Source: an uncultured Desulfovibrionaceae bacterium (GTDB lineage: Bacteria > Desulfobacterota > Desulfovibrionia > Desulfovibrionales > Desulfovibrionaceae). From it: a stretch of DNA of 64,000 bases. Positions within the stretch are counted from its first letter, which is position 1; each line of letters starts with the position of its first letter. The translations under genes and the position numbers were made by a program. The stretch covers positions 14,941-78,940 of the forward strand of contig CAYJAZ010000009.1 in assembly GCA_964368455.1 (NCBI GenBank), given 5' to 3'. The notes under the pieces were generated by a model. That model was not told the origin of the DNA. It saw only the letters and a list, made by a program, of their open reading frames with translations, and ran no database searches. Positions 30,377 through 40,718 of this stretch are shown here, one piece after another.

Positions 30377-31273
30377 ATGGCACATTTTTTTAATATACCC
30401 TTTTTAAAAAGTAAATACTTACTGAGTCATAATATCTCAAAACTTATGCGTGAAAGTATTAATTCTGAGATAAACACCAAAGATATTATAGAAACTGCCT
30501 ACGATATACAAGCCGGAAGTTATATTGAAATGCATGTTACAAATCCTCAATCCAATAAAGAATATTTCGAAGAAAAAGCTTTGACTATTTTAAAATTCTT
30601 CCCACAAGCAACAAGTCTTTTAGATTGCGGATGTGGTGAACTAACCGGAACAAGCCTTAACTATCACAAATTTCTCTCCTCTCAGATAAACTCTTTTTAT
30701 TCTTTTGATATAAGCTGGAGTAGAATTTATAAAGGAAAAAAATTCTTTCAAGAAAAAACGGGCACAAGCCCACATTGCTTTATTGCCGATATGGAACATA
30801 TTCCTTTGCCTGATAATTCTATAGATCTTGTCACAAGCTCACATGCCTTAGAACCTAATCACGGAAGCGAAGAAGTGCTTATAAAAGAGCTCTTACGTGT
30901 CTCTAGGTTAGGTTTAGCTTTATTTGAACCCTCATGGGAGCTTGGCGACGAAGAACAAAAAAAACGCATGGATGAACATGGTTATATCCGCAACCTGCCT
31001 TATATCATAGAAAAACTTGGCTATCGACTCATAAAAAATGAACTTTTAGAAAATCAAATTACTCAATATAATAAAACGGCTATGTATATAGTTAAAAAAA
31101 ATACGAATGAAGCCACCAAGGCTAGCTTTGTTGATCCTATTTCTAAAACTCCTCTTGTTTCAACAGAGGAAAATTTTCTTTTCTCTAAAACAACAGGTAG
31201 AGTTTATCCTATAATTAAAAACATTCCTGTTTTACGTAAAGAATGTTCTGTGCTTGCTACACATTATGAGTAG
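30377..31273 (+). CDS. Class I SAM methyltransferase with a C-terminal Trm112-like tail
   Basis: LLDCGCGELTG is motif I. The C-terminal DPISKTPL....FLFSKTTGRVYPIIKNIPVL resembles the Trm112/YcaR zinc-ribbon-like fold. Confidence 0.65.
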   Translation: MAHFFNIPFLKSKYLLSHNISKLMRESINSEINTKDIIETAYDIQAGSYIEMHVTNPQSNKEYFEEKALTILKFFPQATSLLDCGCGELTGTSLNYHKFLSSQINSFYSFDISWSRIYKGKKFFQEKTGTSPHCFIADMEHIPLPDNSIDLVTSSHALEPNHGSEEVLIKELLRVSRLGLALFEPSWELGDEEQKKRMDEHGYIRNLPYIIEKLGYRLIKNELLENQITQYNKTAMYIVKKNTNEATKASFVDPISKTPLVSTEENFLFSKTTGRVYPIIKNIPVLRKECSVLATHYE

Positions 31274-31280
31274 AAATTTT

Positions 31281-32387
31281 ATGAAAAAATATAATTATGG
31301 TAAGCAAAATCTTAATGCATCAGACTATAAAGCTGTCTTGAAAACATTAAAATCGTCTTTCTTGACTTGTGGCCCAAAAGTAAAAGAATTTGAAAAAGCC
31401 CTTTGTTCTTATACTGGAGCAAAATATTGCCTTGCTGTGTCTTCTGCTACAGCAGGATTACATATTGCTATGCTTGCGGCAGGCATAAAAGAGAATGACG
31501 AAGTTATCACAAGCCCAAATACCTTTCTTGCTTCTGCAAATTGTGCTTTGTATGTTGGAGCCACAGTAAAATTTGCTGATATAGAAGAAAAAACTGCGAA
31601 TATTGATGCCGCTGAAATAGCAAAAGCTATCACTCCTAAGACAAAAGCAATTATTCCTGTGCATTTTGCAGGTCAATCTTGTGACATGGAAAAAATTCAT
31701 GCACTCACACAAGATAAAGATATTGTAATCATTGAAGATGCTGCCCATGCTATTGGCTCTGATTATAAAGATACGAAAGTTGGCTCTTGCAAATATTCTG
31801 ATATGACGGTTTTTTCCTTTCATCCTGTAAAAACAATGACAACAGGCGAAGGTGGAGCAATCACTACAAATAGCAAAGAATTGTATGAGAAATTACTTTC
31901 TTATCGTTCTCATGGAATGCATAAAGAGGGGAAAATGGCTCATACATGGGAATACGAAATGCGTGAACTTGGCTATAATTACAGAATGACTGATATCCAA
32001 GCCGCACTTGGTTGCTCCCAGATAAAAAGGCTTGACACATTCAAAGCCCGTAGACGTGAAATAGTTGATTTTTATAATAAAAAATTAGGCTTACCGCATT
32101 TAGAAGAAAAAGAATATTCAAATGCATGTTTTCACCTTTATCCTGTCTTAGTTGACAATAGAAAAGAATTCTATAACAATGCAAAGAAAATAGGTTTAAA
32201 CTTGCAAGTTCACTATATTCCAGTGCATATACAGCCCTATTATCAAAATTTAGGCTTTAAAAAAGGGGACTTTCCAAAAGCTGAAGCCTATTATGAAAAA
32301 TGTATTTCTTTGCCACTGTATTATGGATTAAAGAAAAAAGATTTGAAAGAAATTGTGAAGAAAGTAAACAAAATTATTAATATTTGA
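31281..32387 (+). CDS. pseC: UDP-4-amino-4,6-dideoxy-N-acetyl-beta-L-altrosamine transaminase, PseC-like (DegT family)
   Basis: YGKQNL start, ITSPNTFLASAN, DAAHAIGS, FSFHPVKTMTTGEGG (PLP lysine). The position between pseB and pseF/pseI supports the call. The ATG at 31281 follows the upstream stop. Confidence 0.85.
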   Translation: MKKYNYGKQNLNASDYKAVLKTLKSSFLTCGPKVKEFEKALCSYTGAKYCLAVSSATAGLHIAMLAAGIKENDEVITSPNTFLASANCALYVGATVKFADIEEKTANIDAAEIAKAITPKTKAIIPVHFAGQSCDMEKIHALTQDKDIVIIEDAAHAIGSDYKDTKVGSCKYSDMTVFSFHPVKTMTTGEGGAITTNSKELYEKLLSYRSHGMHKEGKMAHTWEYEMRELGYNYRMTDIQAALGCSQIKRLDTFKARRREIVDFYNKKLGLPHLEEKEYSNACFHLYPVLVDNRKEFYNNAKKIGLNLQVHYIPVHIQPYYQNLGFKKGDFPKAEAYYEKCISLPLYYGLKKKDLKEIVKKVNKIINI

Positions 32388-32444
32388 TTAGAAAATATTA
32401 TGAATGAACAAGAATTATTTTAGAAAGGCGAATAAGGAGTAAGT

Positions 32445-33611
32445 ATGAAATATTGTGTCAGATGTGTGCAACCGGATACCCGCCCAGATATATACTACAA
32501 TGAAGATGGCGTCTGTGGTGCATGCCTTTGGGAAGATGAAAAACAACAAATCAATTGGAATGAACGCCTCAATGAACTTCAAGAAATTTCAGCGTGGGCT
32601 AAAAATCAAAGAGCTGCATACGATTGTGTAATTGGTGTCTCTGGCGGAAAAGACTCTACAAGGCAAGCTATTGTCATGCGTGATGAAATGGGTTTACGCC
32701 CTCTGCTTGTAAGTTCTGAACCATATAAAAACACTGCTATCGGCTTTGCTAATATTGAAAATTTAAAAAGTTTAGGTTTCGATGTAATTTCAATGAAAGC
32801 AAATGCAAAAGTAGTACGTAAACTTCTTAGAAAAGATTTTTTTTCTATCCTAAACCCTAATAGAGTATTAGAATATTGTTTACATTCTTCAGCATATATT
32901 ATAGCTGATAAATTCGATATTCCACTAGTGGTGAATGGTGAAAATCCTGGTCAAACTTTGGGTTTGGCAAGTTTAAAAGGTTGTAATGGAGACGCAACAG
33001 CGGCTTTTAAACAAAATACAGTCAAGGAAGATTATAAAAAAATCTATGTTGATGATGAAATCAAACTAGAAGATCTTTATATGTTCTCAGCCAATATGGA
33101 AAGAGTCGCTCAAAAAGGTATACGAGGAGTATGGCTCAGTAATCATTTAAAAGATTGGGGAGAACAAAATAACGCAAAGTTTTCCATAAAGCATGGACTA
33201 ACTATACGTGATAAAGATTCAGATCCATACCAAACAGGGCGTTACAGACGTTTTGCGTGTCTTGATCACAATTTCATCTCTGTGAATAATTTATTGAAAT
33301 ACATTAAGTTTGGTTTTAGTGGGGCTACAGATGAATCATGCTATGATGTGCGTCATAAAAATCTTACACGTGAAGAAGCAATATTTTTAGTGAAAGAGCT
33401 CGATAAAGCTTACAGCCAAGAAGAATTGTCAAACTTTTGCAAATTAATAGATATATCAGAAAATGAATTTTGGGAACACGCGAATACTTTTAGAGGTGTT
33501 ATGTGGGAAAAGATAGGAAATAATTGGCAATTGAAAAACCCTATCTGGAAGCAAGAAGCAATTACGGGCGAATACACTGTAAAGGCTATAATGCAACAAC
33601 TTGGAATATAA
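32445..33611 (+). CDS. N-acetyl sugar amidotransferase (PseA/WbuX-type PP-loop enzyme)
   Basis: N-terminal Zn-ribbon MKYCVRCVQPDTRP...GVCGAC and PP-loop GVSGGKDST. Confidence 0.8.
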   Translation: MKYCVRCVQPDTRPDIYYNEDGVCGACLWEDEKQQINWNERLNELQEISAWAKNQRAAYDCVIGVSGGKDSTRQAIVMRDEMGLRPLLVSSEPYKNTAIGFANIENLKSLGFDVISMKANAKVVRKLLRKDFFSILNPNRVLEYCLHSSAYIIADKFDIPLVVNGENPGQTLGLASLKGCNGDATAAFKQNTVKEDYKKIYVDDEIKLEDLYMFSANMERVAQKGIRGVWLSNHLKDWGEQNNAKFSIKHGLTIRDKDSDPYQTGRYRRFACLDHNFISVNNLLKYIKFGFSGATDESCYDVRHKNLTREEAIFLVKELDKAYSQEELSNFCKLIDISENEFWEHANTFRGVMWEKIGNNWQLKNPIWKQEAITGEYTVKAIMQQLGI

Positions 33612-33618
33612 TACTATT

Positions 33619-34353
33619 ATGGCGAGTTCAAACGATGCTAGTTGTGATTGCCTTTGTATAGTTATGGCAAGAGGTGGTTCTAAGCGTGTTCCACACAAGA
33701 ATAAACGTATGTTTAATGGCAGACCTATGCTTGCGTGGCCTATTGAGATTGCACTTGAAAGCGAATTGTTTTCTGATGTTGTAATATCTACTGATGATAA
33801 TCATATTGCAGAACTAGCGGTACAATACGGTGCTCAATTACCTTTCTTGCGTCCTATAGAATTGGCAAGCGATTTTACAACAACTGCAGAAGTTTTAAGA
33901 TACACTTTATCCACTTTAAAAGAAAAACACAGCAAAAGATATAAATATTGTTGCTGCTTATATGGAACTTCGGCAATGATTAGAAAAGAATATTTGCAAA
34001 ATGCCTTTGATAAACTAGCCTCAACTGATACTGAATGTGTATATGCTGTTGCCGAATATTCACACCCTATAGAAAGGGCTTTACAGTTTAATCAAGATAA
34101 TAGTATTTCCTATCGCTTCTCAGAGCATGTGTCTATGCGTACTCAAGATATTCAACCATCCTATTACGATTTGGGTTTATTCTATTTATTTTCTGTGGAA
34201 GCTTTTCAAAAAACTTCCTCAAATAGCTTTTTAGCTTTACAAAAAACTGCTATAATTCTTCCACGTTTTGCGGCAATAGATATAGATAATGAAGAAGATT
34301 TATTTCTTGCTGAAAATATTATGCAAACAACTAACCATTATAAAAAAAGATGA
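33619..34353 (+). CDS. pseF: CMP-nonulosonic acid (pseudaminic acid) cytidylyltransferase, PseF-like
   Basis: IVMARGGSKRVPHKNKRMFNGRPMLAWPIE, the acylneuraminate cytidylyltransferase signature. I chose the ATG at 33619 over the TTG at 33601. Confidence 0.75.
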   Translation: MASSNDASCDCLCIVMARGGSKRVPHKNKRMFNGRPMLAWPIEIALESELFSDVVISTDDNHIAELAVQYGAQLPFLRPIELASDFTTTAEVLRYTLSTLKEKHSKRYKYCCCLYGTSAMIRKEYLQNAFDKLASTDTECVYAVAEYSHPIERALQFNQDNSISYRFSEHVSMRTQDIQPSYYDLGLFYLFSVEAFQKTSSNSFLALQKTAIILPRFAAIDIDNEEDLFLAENIMQTTNHYKKR

Positions 34354-35447
34354 TAAAGTCTACTATAGAAAAATTTAATGTGTTGTCAGGGCGTTCTTTT
34401 TCCGGCCCCACTCAGGTTTATGTTGAAACTTTTTCTGCATGTACCAATAAATGCAAAATGTGCCCACGTACAAAGATTAGAAATTCATATGGATATATGA
34501 AAGATGATTTATTCTTTCACATTATTAGTAAACTTCAAGAAATAAATTTTTCTGGTCAATTACATTTATATGGTCAATCTGAACCATTTTTGGACAGAAA
34601 AATTATAGAACGTATACACTATGCTCATACACAATTACCGCAAGCTAAGATTATCTTGATTACAAACTTTACACATTTATCGGATAATTTGATGGACGAA
34701 ATTCTTGATTCGCCAATCCATAATTTATCTTGCTCTTTATATGCCTTAGATAGGGAAAATTACAAGAAAATATGTGGGCAAGATAATTTTGAAAAAACTT
34801 TTATAAATCAGATAAAATTTTTAAAAAAATATGCTAAAAAAATACCATTTTCTTTTGCAAATTACATTATAGAAACCCCAGAAATCATTGCTGATATTAA
34901 ATTTATTAATCATTATATCTTCGATATTGCCCCATTGGGTTTTGCTCAATCAGGTAAATTATGCCAACTTTTTAATGTACAAAACAATGCATTAGAGGCA
35001 TCTAGAAAATATTATTCTGATTGCATCTATACAAATTTAAAAATTACACCCAATGGCTGTATGGCAACTTGTCCTTGTGACTCAGGAAATCAACTTGAAA
35101 TAGGTAATATAAAATCCTCTTTAGGTACTGTAACAGAAATTTATAACAATGAAAAAGCCAGAAAACTTAGAAAAAAAATGATCTATAACAATGAAACAGA
35201 TGCCTATTGCCAAAGATGTGAATTTCGTCGTTCACAACTTTTTACGGACTACTTTTTAGGGCATGAAATTGATACCAATGATAAATATAAACATAAGCAA
35301 AGAACTTTACGTAATTCTCACTCAGAAATAAGGCATAAAGCTATTTTGTTTGATCAATTATTTAAGGATAATGCAGAAAGCGAATGGTTAGATGTTTTAG
35401 AGAAACTCAAGCGTGATTTTTATGCAAAAAAACAAAAGAACACATAG
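34350..35447 (+). CDS. Radical SAM / SPASM-type protein
   Basis: CX3CX2C near the N-terminus (FSACTNKCKMC) and a C-terminal Cys cluster (CMATCPC...IGNI...CQRCEF). ATGA overlap with the pseF stop. Confidence 0.7.
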   Translation: MIKSTIEKFNVLSGRSFSGPTQVYVETFSACTNKCKMCPRTKIRNSYGYMKDDLFFHIISKLQEINFSGQLHLYGQSEPFLDRKIIERIHYAHTQLPQAKIILITNFTHLSDNLMDEILDSPIHNLSCSLYALDRENYKKICGQDNFEKTFINQIKFLKKYAKKIPFSFANYIIETPEIIADIKFINHYIFDIAPLGFAQSGKLCQLFNVQNNALEASRKYYSDCIYTNLKITPNGCMATCPCDSGNQLEIGNIKSSLGTVTEIYNNEKARKLRKKMIYNNETDAYCQRCEFRRSQLFTDYFLGHEIDTNDKYKHKQRTLRNSHSEIRHKAILFDQLFKDNAESEWLDVLEKLKRDFYAKKQKNT

Positions 35448-36198
35448 ACTCGGATTAAAACTCTGGTCAATAAACACAGACTACTATTATGATGAAGCAA
35501 TAAAACTTTATCAAGATGATGTATTTGACTATATTGAACTTTATGTAGTGCCAAACTCATTACACACACTAGATAAGTGGGCTAAGTCAAACATTCCTTT
35601 TTCTTTACATGCTCCTCATTTTATGCACGAAGTAAACTTGGCGAATAAAGATAAGTTTGAATATAATAAAAATATTTTTCTTGAAGTAGAAGAATTTAGA
35701 AAAAGCCTTAAGGCAAATTATACAGTCATCCATGCTGGGGCAAGCGGAAATATTGAAGAAACAATTTCACAGCTTATTCTGATATCTCCTCAAAACGCTT
35801 ATATCGAAAATAAGCCCTATAAAGCTCCTTTTAATTTGAAGAATGTATGCAGAGGGGCGACATATGAAGAAATTACTCTTATAAAGGAAAAAACAAAACT
35901 CGGATTTTGTTTGGATATAGGACATTGCATATGCTCAGCTAATTCTTTGAGAATAGATCCTTACGAATATCTTGCAAAGCTTCAAAGCTTGTCGCCACAA
36001 TGCTATCATATAAGCGGGAATTATATTGACAGTGAAATAGATAAACATTTACACTTACATGAGGGGAATTTTGATTATAAAAGAATATTTTCAATTATTG
36101 ATACTACTAAGGATATTGCAGTAGAAACAGATAAAGATTCAAAAATTTCACTTGACGACTTTAAAATGGATGTACAATGGTTAAGAAAAATGCTCTAA
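35422..36198 (+). CDS. Xylose-isomerase-like TIM-barrel protein (sugar-phosphate isomerase/epimerase family)
   Basis: About 258 aa with YIELYV, HAPH, VIHAG, YIENKP and HLHEG strings, typical of AP-endonuclease-2/TIM-barrel proteins. The start (ATG 35422 or GTG 35413) is uncertain. Confidence 0.5.
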   Translation: MQKNKRTHRLGLKLWSINTDYYYDEAIKLYQDDVFDYIELYVVPNSLHTLDKWAKSNIPFSLHAPHFMHEVNLANKDKFEYNKNIFLEVEEFRKSLKANYTVIHAGASGNIEETISQLILISPQNAYIENKPYKAPFNLKNVCRGATYEEITLIKEKTKLGFCLDIGHCICSANSLRIDPYEYLAKLQSLSPQCYHISGNYIDSEIDKHLHLHEGNFDYKRIFSIIDTTKDIAVETDKDSKISLDDFKMDVQWLRKML

Positions 36199-37397
36199 TA
36201 CTTGGTGGAAGTCCCGCTAACAATGGTGTGTATGATATCCTTAAAAAACTTGGATGCTTTGTTTTTGTTGCTGATTATCGTCCTAATATCAAAGCAAATT
36301 ATGATAAGCATATTCTTTTTGACGCCTGTAGCCCTGAATTAATTTCTATTTTACGCACTAAAAATATAAATATTGATTTCGTCTATACTTCTATGGACGG
36401 TGCTGGCTTAGCTCAACATGCAATATGTAAAGAATATAAACTATTCCATGCAAGTGAAGAAGCAATTTCAAATGCTCATCATAAAAACCTCATGCATGAA
36501 GCTTGGTTAAAAGCAGGCTTATTAAATAGAGAAAGCATAGCCCTTAGCTCATGCGATTATGCTATCATCGCAAACATGAACAAGAATAAAAAAATAATAA
36601 TCAAGCCCGCCAATGCTTGTGCTTCCAGAGGACTTAGCGTTTTAGAAACAAAATCACCCAAAAAATACATACAAAAAGCTTTTGAAAAAGCAATGGCCTA
36701 TACTACAAATTCATTAGTAAATATTGAAGAATTCTTAGAAGGAACAGAATTTAGTGTGGAAATGCTAGGAGATAACTATGGCAATGTAAGCGTTTTTTCA
36801 ATAGGACGCCGCTATTATATGCAAAATTCAAATGTCATTACTGCATGTAAAATTCATTATAATTCAAAAGACTTAGACATTAAGACACGTGAAAAAATAG
36901 CACAAAAATCTATTGAATGCTATAAGGCACTGAATCTAAAAAACACTTTAGGGCATTTTGAAGTCATGCTCAAAAAAGACGGCACTTTATCTCCTATAGA
37001 ATTGGGGGCACGCTCATCAGGATTTATAGGTAGCCATTGTGCAGAATTAACTACGAACAAATCCCTTATAAAAGAATATTATAAAGTTTTACATGGAAAA
37101 AAAATCGAAACATCTTTGTTGCCGCAAAATAACATTTCATCACTCTACTTTATATACGATTTACCGCCTAATATTCCATTGAAAAAAGAAATATCACTTG
37201 TTAATTTTTTAGATGAAAAAATTATTTGCCATGCATATAATAGAGAATATATGACTTTGAATAAGAAATTTAAAGTATTAGAACAGGATACAGACAGATA
37301 TGGTTATGAAATTGTATCCGGTTCAAAAGAAATTTTAACCATGGAGCACATTCAAAAGGCTGAAGAAAATTTTCTAAAGGAATGTTTTTATGAATAA
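36177..37397 (+). CDS. ATP-grasp domain ligase
   Basis: IIIKPANACASRGLSVLE, EEFLEGTEFSVE, IELGARSSG. Confidence 0.65.
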   Translation: MVKKNALILGGSPANNGVYDILKKLGCFVFVADYRPNIKANYDKHILFDACSPELISILRTKNINIDFVYTSMDGAGLAQHAICKEYKLFHASEEAISNAHHKNLMHEAWLKAGLLNRESIALSSCDYAIIANMNKNKKIIIKPANACASRGLSVLETKSPKKYIQKAFEKAMAYTTNSLVNIEEFLEGTEFSVEMLGDNYGNVSVFSIGRRYYMQNSNVITACKIHYNSKDLDIKTREKIAQKSIECYKALNLKNTLGHFEVMLKKDGTLSPIELGARSSGFIGSHCAELTTNKSLIKEYYKVLHGKKIETSLLPQNNISSLYFIYDLPPNIPLKKEISLVNFLDEKIICHAYNREYMTLNKKFKVLEQDTDRYGYEIVSGSKEILTMEHIQKAEENFLKECFYE

Positions 37398-38058
37398 AAT
37401 GGACTCTAAAGAAAAAGATAACACATTGCGAAGATATGAAAAACGGTATAGTGAATTTGGCTATTCACCTCAATCTCTGGGCTGGCTAAAAGGAAAACAA
37501 AATATTAGATTTATAAATCTATTGTCTGAATACAATGCAAACAACAAACATATTCTTGATATTGGCTGCGGTTTTGGCGATTTAAACCTCATACTAGAAA
37601 AAAAATTTGCCTCTTACAAATATACTGGTTGTGATTTATATGAAAAATTTATACTTGAAGGTAAAAAAAGATACTTATCTGCAAATTTTATATGCGGAGA
37701 TTTTTTAGAACTCCCATTAGAAAGTATATATGATTGGGCCATTGCTTCTGGCCCATTCAATCATATTTTTGAAAAAAACAATAATTATGATTTCATTGAA
37801 AGCGTCATGAAAAAGGCATATAGTGTCACTAAGGATGGATTTTCTTTCGACTTTATTAACGATAAAGTTGATTATAAAGACGAAGGTATTTTCTATGCAA
37901 ATCCTGAAAAAATCCTTTCTATTGCATATTCTTTATCGAGAAACATTATATTAAAGAATAACTACATGCCATTTGAATTTTCTATTTTTGTGTTCAAAGA
38001 TGATAGTTTCAACGAAAATATTATATACAACAAATGGTTAACAGATGAAAATTTTTGA
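37390..38058 (+). CDS. Class I SAM-dependent methyltransferase
   Basis: Motif I ILDIGCGFGDL. 8-nt overlap with the upstream gene. Confidence 0.7.
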   Translation: MNKMDSKEKDNTLRRYEKRYSEFGYSPQSLGWLKGKQNIRFINLLSEYNANNKHILDIGCGFGDLNLILEKKFASYKYTGCDLYEKFILEGKKRYLSANFICGDFLELPLESIYDWAIASGPFNHIFEKNNNYDFIESVMKKAYSVTKDGFSFDFINDKVDYKDEGIFYANPEKILSIAYSLSRNIILKNNYMPFEFSIFVFKDDSFNENIIYNKWLTDENF

Positions 38059-38782
38059 TAGTTTAACTCATCCAACTTTAGATGGTACATGGTTAAATCC
38101 TCGTTTTGGAGAATATGCCAATATTGATTATTTGCTAGATCAAATGAAAGTGAATAATATTTACAAAGCATTTGCTGTAGGTTTAAAAAATGTTGGTGCA
38201 TATGATGAAGAAAAATTCTTTAAACTTATAAAAACTCATACAAATCTCATTCCTATTGCTTTTTGCGATAATCCTCGTCAGTTAGAAGCTATAAAATTAT
38301 TGGGTTACAAAGGAATAAAAATACATCCACGTATTGCAAATTTTGTAGGTGATGAAGATATTATTTTTCAAATAATTAATGAGGCTAATAGGCAAAATTT
38401 AATTGTACTCTATTGTGGTTTTTTAGAATTAAATCCTAGTTTTACAAAAAAAATAAAAGATGCAAAACTTATTTACTTACACTGTGGAGGTAAAAATTTT
38501 ACTCATACCTATAATCAATTAATCCACAAGGAAAATATACTTCTTGATTTATCCTATACTATACATAATTATCAAAAGCTCATTGAACAAATAAAGAGTG
38601 CTGTTTTGAAATTTCCACATAGATTCTGTATCGGCTCTGATCACCCTGAAGTTTCTTACCAAGACTTACGCATAAATTTTGAAAAAATTACTGATGGATT
38701 AGATGAAGAACAAAAAAAATTTATAGCGTATAAAAACTTAGAAAAATTTTGTTCAGCTATAACAAATCCTCAAAGGAAATAA
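38045..38782 (+). CDS. Amidohydrolase-2-type metal-dependent hydrolase (TIM barrel)
   Basis: MKIFDSLTHP..., IKIHPR, LHCGG, GSDHP pattern. Confidence 0.5.
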   Translation: MKIFDSLTHPTLDGTWLNPRFGEYANIDYLLDQMKVNNIYKAFAVGLKNVGAYDEEKFFKLIKTHTNLIPIAFCDNPRQLEAIKLLGYKGIKIHPRIANFVGDEDIIFQIINEANRQNLIVLYCGFLELNPSFTKKIKDAKLIYLHCGGKNFTHTYNQLIHKENILLDLSYTIHNYQKLIEQIKSAVLKFPHRFCIGSDHPEVSYQDLRINFEKITDGLDEEQKKFIAYKNLEKFCSAITNPQRK

Positions 38783-38784
38783 TA

Positions 38785-39789
38785 ATGCCTAAAACCTATA
38801 TCATAGCGGAAATATCAGCCAATCACAATGGTTCGATAGTTCGAGCAGAAAATATCATAAAAGCTGCTGCACAAGCAGGGGCTGATGCTATTAAGTTACA
38901 AACATATACAGCAGATACCATAACAATTCCTTGTGAAAATGATTTTTTTCAAATCAAAGGCACTTTATGGAATGGACAGACATTACATAAACTTTATCAA
39001 GAAGCATATACCCCTTGGGAATGGACGCCTCGTTTAATGGCCTATGCAAAAGATTTGGGCTTAGATTGTTTTTCCTCACCCTTTGACTTTTCTGCTGTTG
39101 ACTTTTTAGAGCAATGCAGCATGGAAAAATATAAAATTGCTTCACCTGAACTTATAGATATTCCACTTATCAAGAAAATTGCACAAACAAAGAAAGCTGT
39201 AATAATGTCAACTGGCATGGGAACATTAGCTGAAATAGACGAAGCTGTTCGCACTTTACGTGAAAATGGAAATACTGATTTGACTTTATTAAAATGCACC
39301 ACAGCTTACCCTGCACCCGTTGAAGAAGCAAATTTGCTCACAATTCCACATTTAGCACAAGCTTTCAATTGTAAAGTTGGGCTTTCTGATCATACTATGG
39401 GTTCAGCCGTTGCAGTAGGTGCTATTGCGCTTGGTGCTTGTGTTGTTGAAAAACACTTCACACTTGCTCGTGCTGACGGAGGCCCTGACGGAGCTTTTAG
39501 CATGGAGCCACACGAATTTAAACAAATGGTTCAAGATATACGCATTGTTGAAAAAGCTTTGGGCAAAGTGAATTATGAACGCACAGAAAAAGAACAAGGC
39601 AGTGTTTGTTTTAGACGTTCACTCTTTATTGTAAAAGACATAAAAAAAGGCGAAAAATTCACTAGTGAAAATGTACGTTCTATCCGCCCGGGACATGGTT
39701 TGCACACAAGATATTTAGATGTAATTTTAGGCAAAACTGCTAAAAGCGATTTCATAAAGGGAACACCGCTTTCATGGGATATGGTATAG
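38785..39789 (+). CDS. pseI: Pseudaminic acid synthase, PseI
   Basis: IIAEISANHNGS...AGADAIKLQTYT...IKGTLWNG..L..LY.EA.TPWEW...GLSDHT...EKHF, plus a C-terminal SAF domain (SLFIVKDIKKGEKF). This matches my recollection of Campylobacter PseI. Confidence 0.88.
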   Translation: MPKTYIIAEISANHNGSIVRAENIIKAAAQAGADAIKLQTYTADTITIPCENDFFQIKGTLWNGQTLHKLYQEAYTPWEWTPRLMAYAKDLGLDCFSSPFDFSAVDFLEQCSMEKYKIASPELIDIPLIKKIAQTKKAVIMSTGMGTLAEIDEAVRTLRENGNTDLTLLKCTTAYPAPVEEANLLTIPHLAQAFNCKVGLSDHTMGSAVAVGAIALGACVVEKHFTLARADGGPDGAFSMEPHEFKQMVQDIRIVEKALGKVNYERTEKEQGSVCFRRSLFIVKDIKKGEKFTSENVRSIRPGHGLHTRYLDVILGKTAKSDFIKGTPLSWDMV

Positions 39790-39800
39790 TAAAAAACAAA

Positions 39801-40718
39801 TCAAAGAAGCTTTGTTCTGCCCGCTAGTATCCAATAAATAGTTTCTTCAAGTGTGTATTTAGCTTTCCAGTTAAACTTTGTGTTAAACTTATTACAATCA
39901 AGCTTTATCTTTGTATTTATGTCTTTTTCTTGTAAGTTTATTGTAATTTCTTTGCTATATTCTTGTGCAAGAATTTTTCTTATACTTTGTGCAATGTGCA
40001 TAATATCATAGTGTTCGTCAGAGCCTAAATTATACACATTTTCAATATTTTCATGCCTTGAAGAAAATGAAGAAAGTGAATCAAGCAAAAAAATTATCGC
40101 ATTTATTGCATCTCTAGTGTCTAGATACGAAAAAATCTGTGCTCCGCCAACAATAGTAATTTCATTTTTTTCTAGTGCAGCTTCTATCATTTTATTTACT
40201 ATTCTTTCTTTTAAAAAAGGCGAAAGCAAGCTTGCCAAGCGTATATGTGTTATTTTTGTTTCTGAATTTTCACAAATTTCATTACCAAGCTCTTCGCAAG
40301 CATATTTTGCAATGCCGTAAAAGTCAAAAGGATTGGGAATATCACTTTCTACAGAAGGAATTTCTCTCAGATTTCCATAGATACTTTGTGAGGAAACATG
40401 TACAATATTTTTAACCCTTGCTTCCTTGGCTTTTTTAAAAATTTCTTTTGAAAAATCAATACTTTTTACTAAATCATTTCCATTTTGCGTTCTTGCAAAT
40501 GCAAGATGTAAAACACAATCAAGATCTTTGAAATCGATTTTATTCTTATAGAAATCTTCTTCATTAAAAAAATTAAGAGTTTCATAGCTTTCAAACTCTT
40601 TTATTAAATTTTCTTTTTGTGTGCTAAGAGCTTTAATAGTATATTTTTTAGGTAGAGCTTTCAGCAAAAGACGACCAAGAGTTCCGCCTGCCCCTGTGAT
40701 TAAAATATTTTTGTTCAT
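39801..40718 (-). CDS. NAD-dependent epimerase/dehydratase (extended SDR)
   Basis: ILITGAGGTLG Rossmann motif and a YGIAK catalytic YxxxK. Confidence 0.8.
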   Translation of the reverse strand: MNKNILITGAGGTLGRLLLKALPKKYTIKALSTQKENLIKEFESYETLNFFNEEDFYKNKIDFKDLDCVLHLAFARTQNGNDLVKSIDFSKEIFKKAKEARVKNIVHVSSQSIYGNLREIPSVESDIPNPFDFYGIAKYACEELGNEICENSETKITHIRLASLLSPFLKERIVNKMIEAALEKNEITIVGGAQIFSYLDTRDAINAIIFLLDSLSSFSSRHENIENVYNLGSDEHYDIMHIAQSIRKILAQEYSKEITINLQEKDINTKIKLDCNKFNTKFNWKAKYTLEETIYWILAGRTKLL

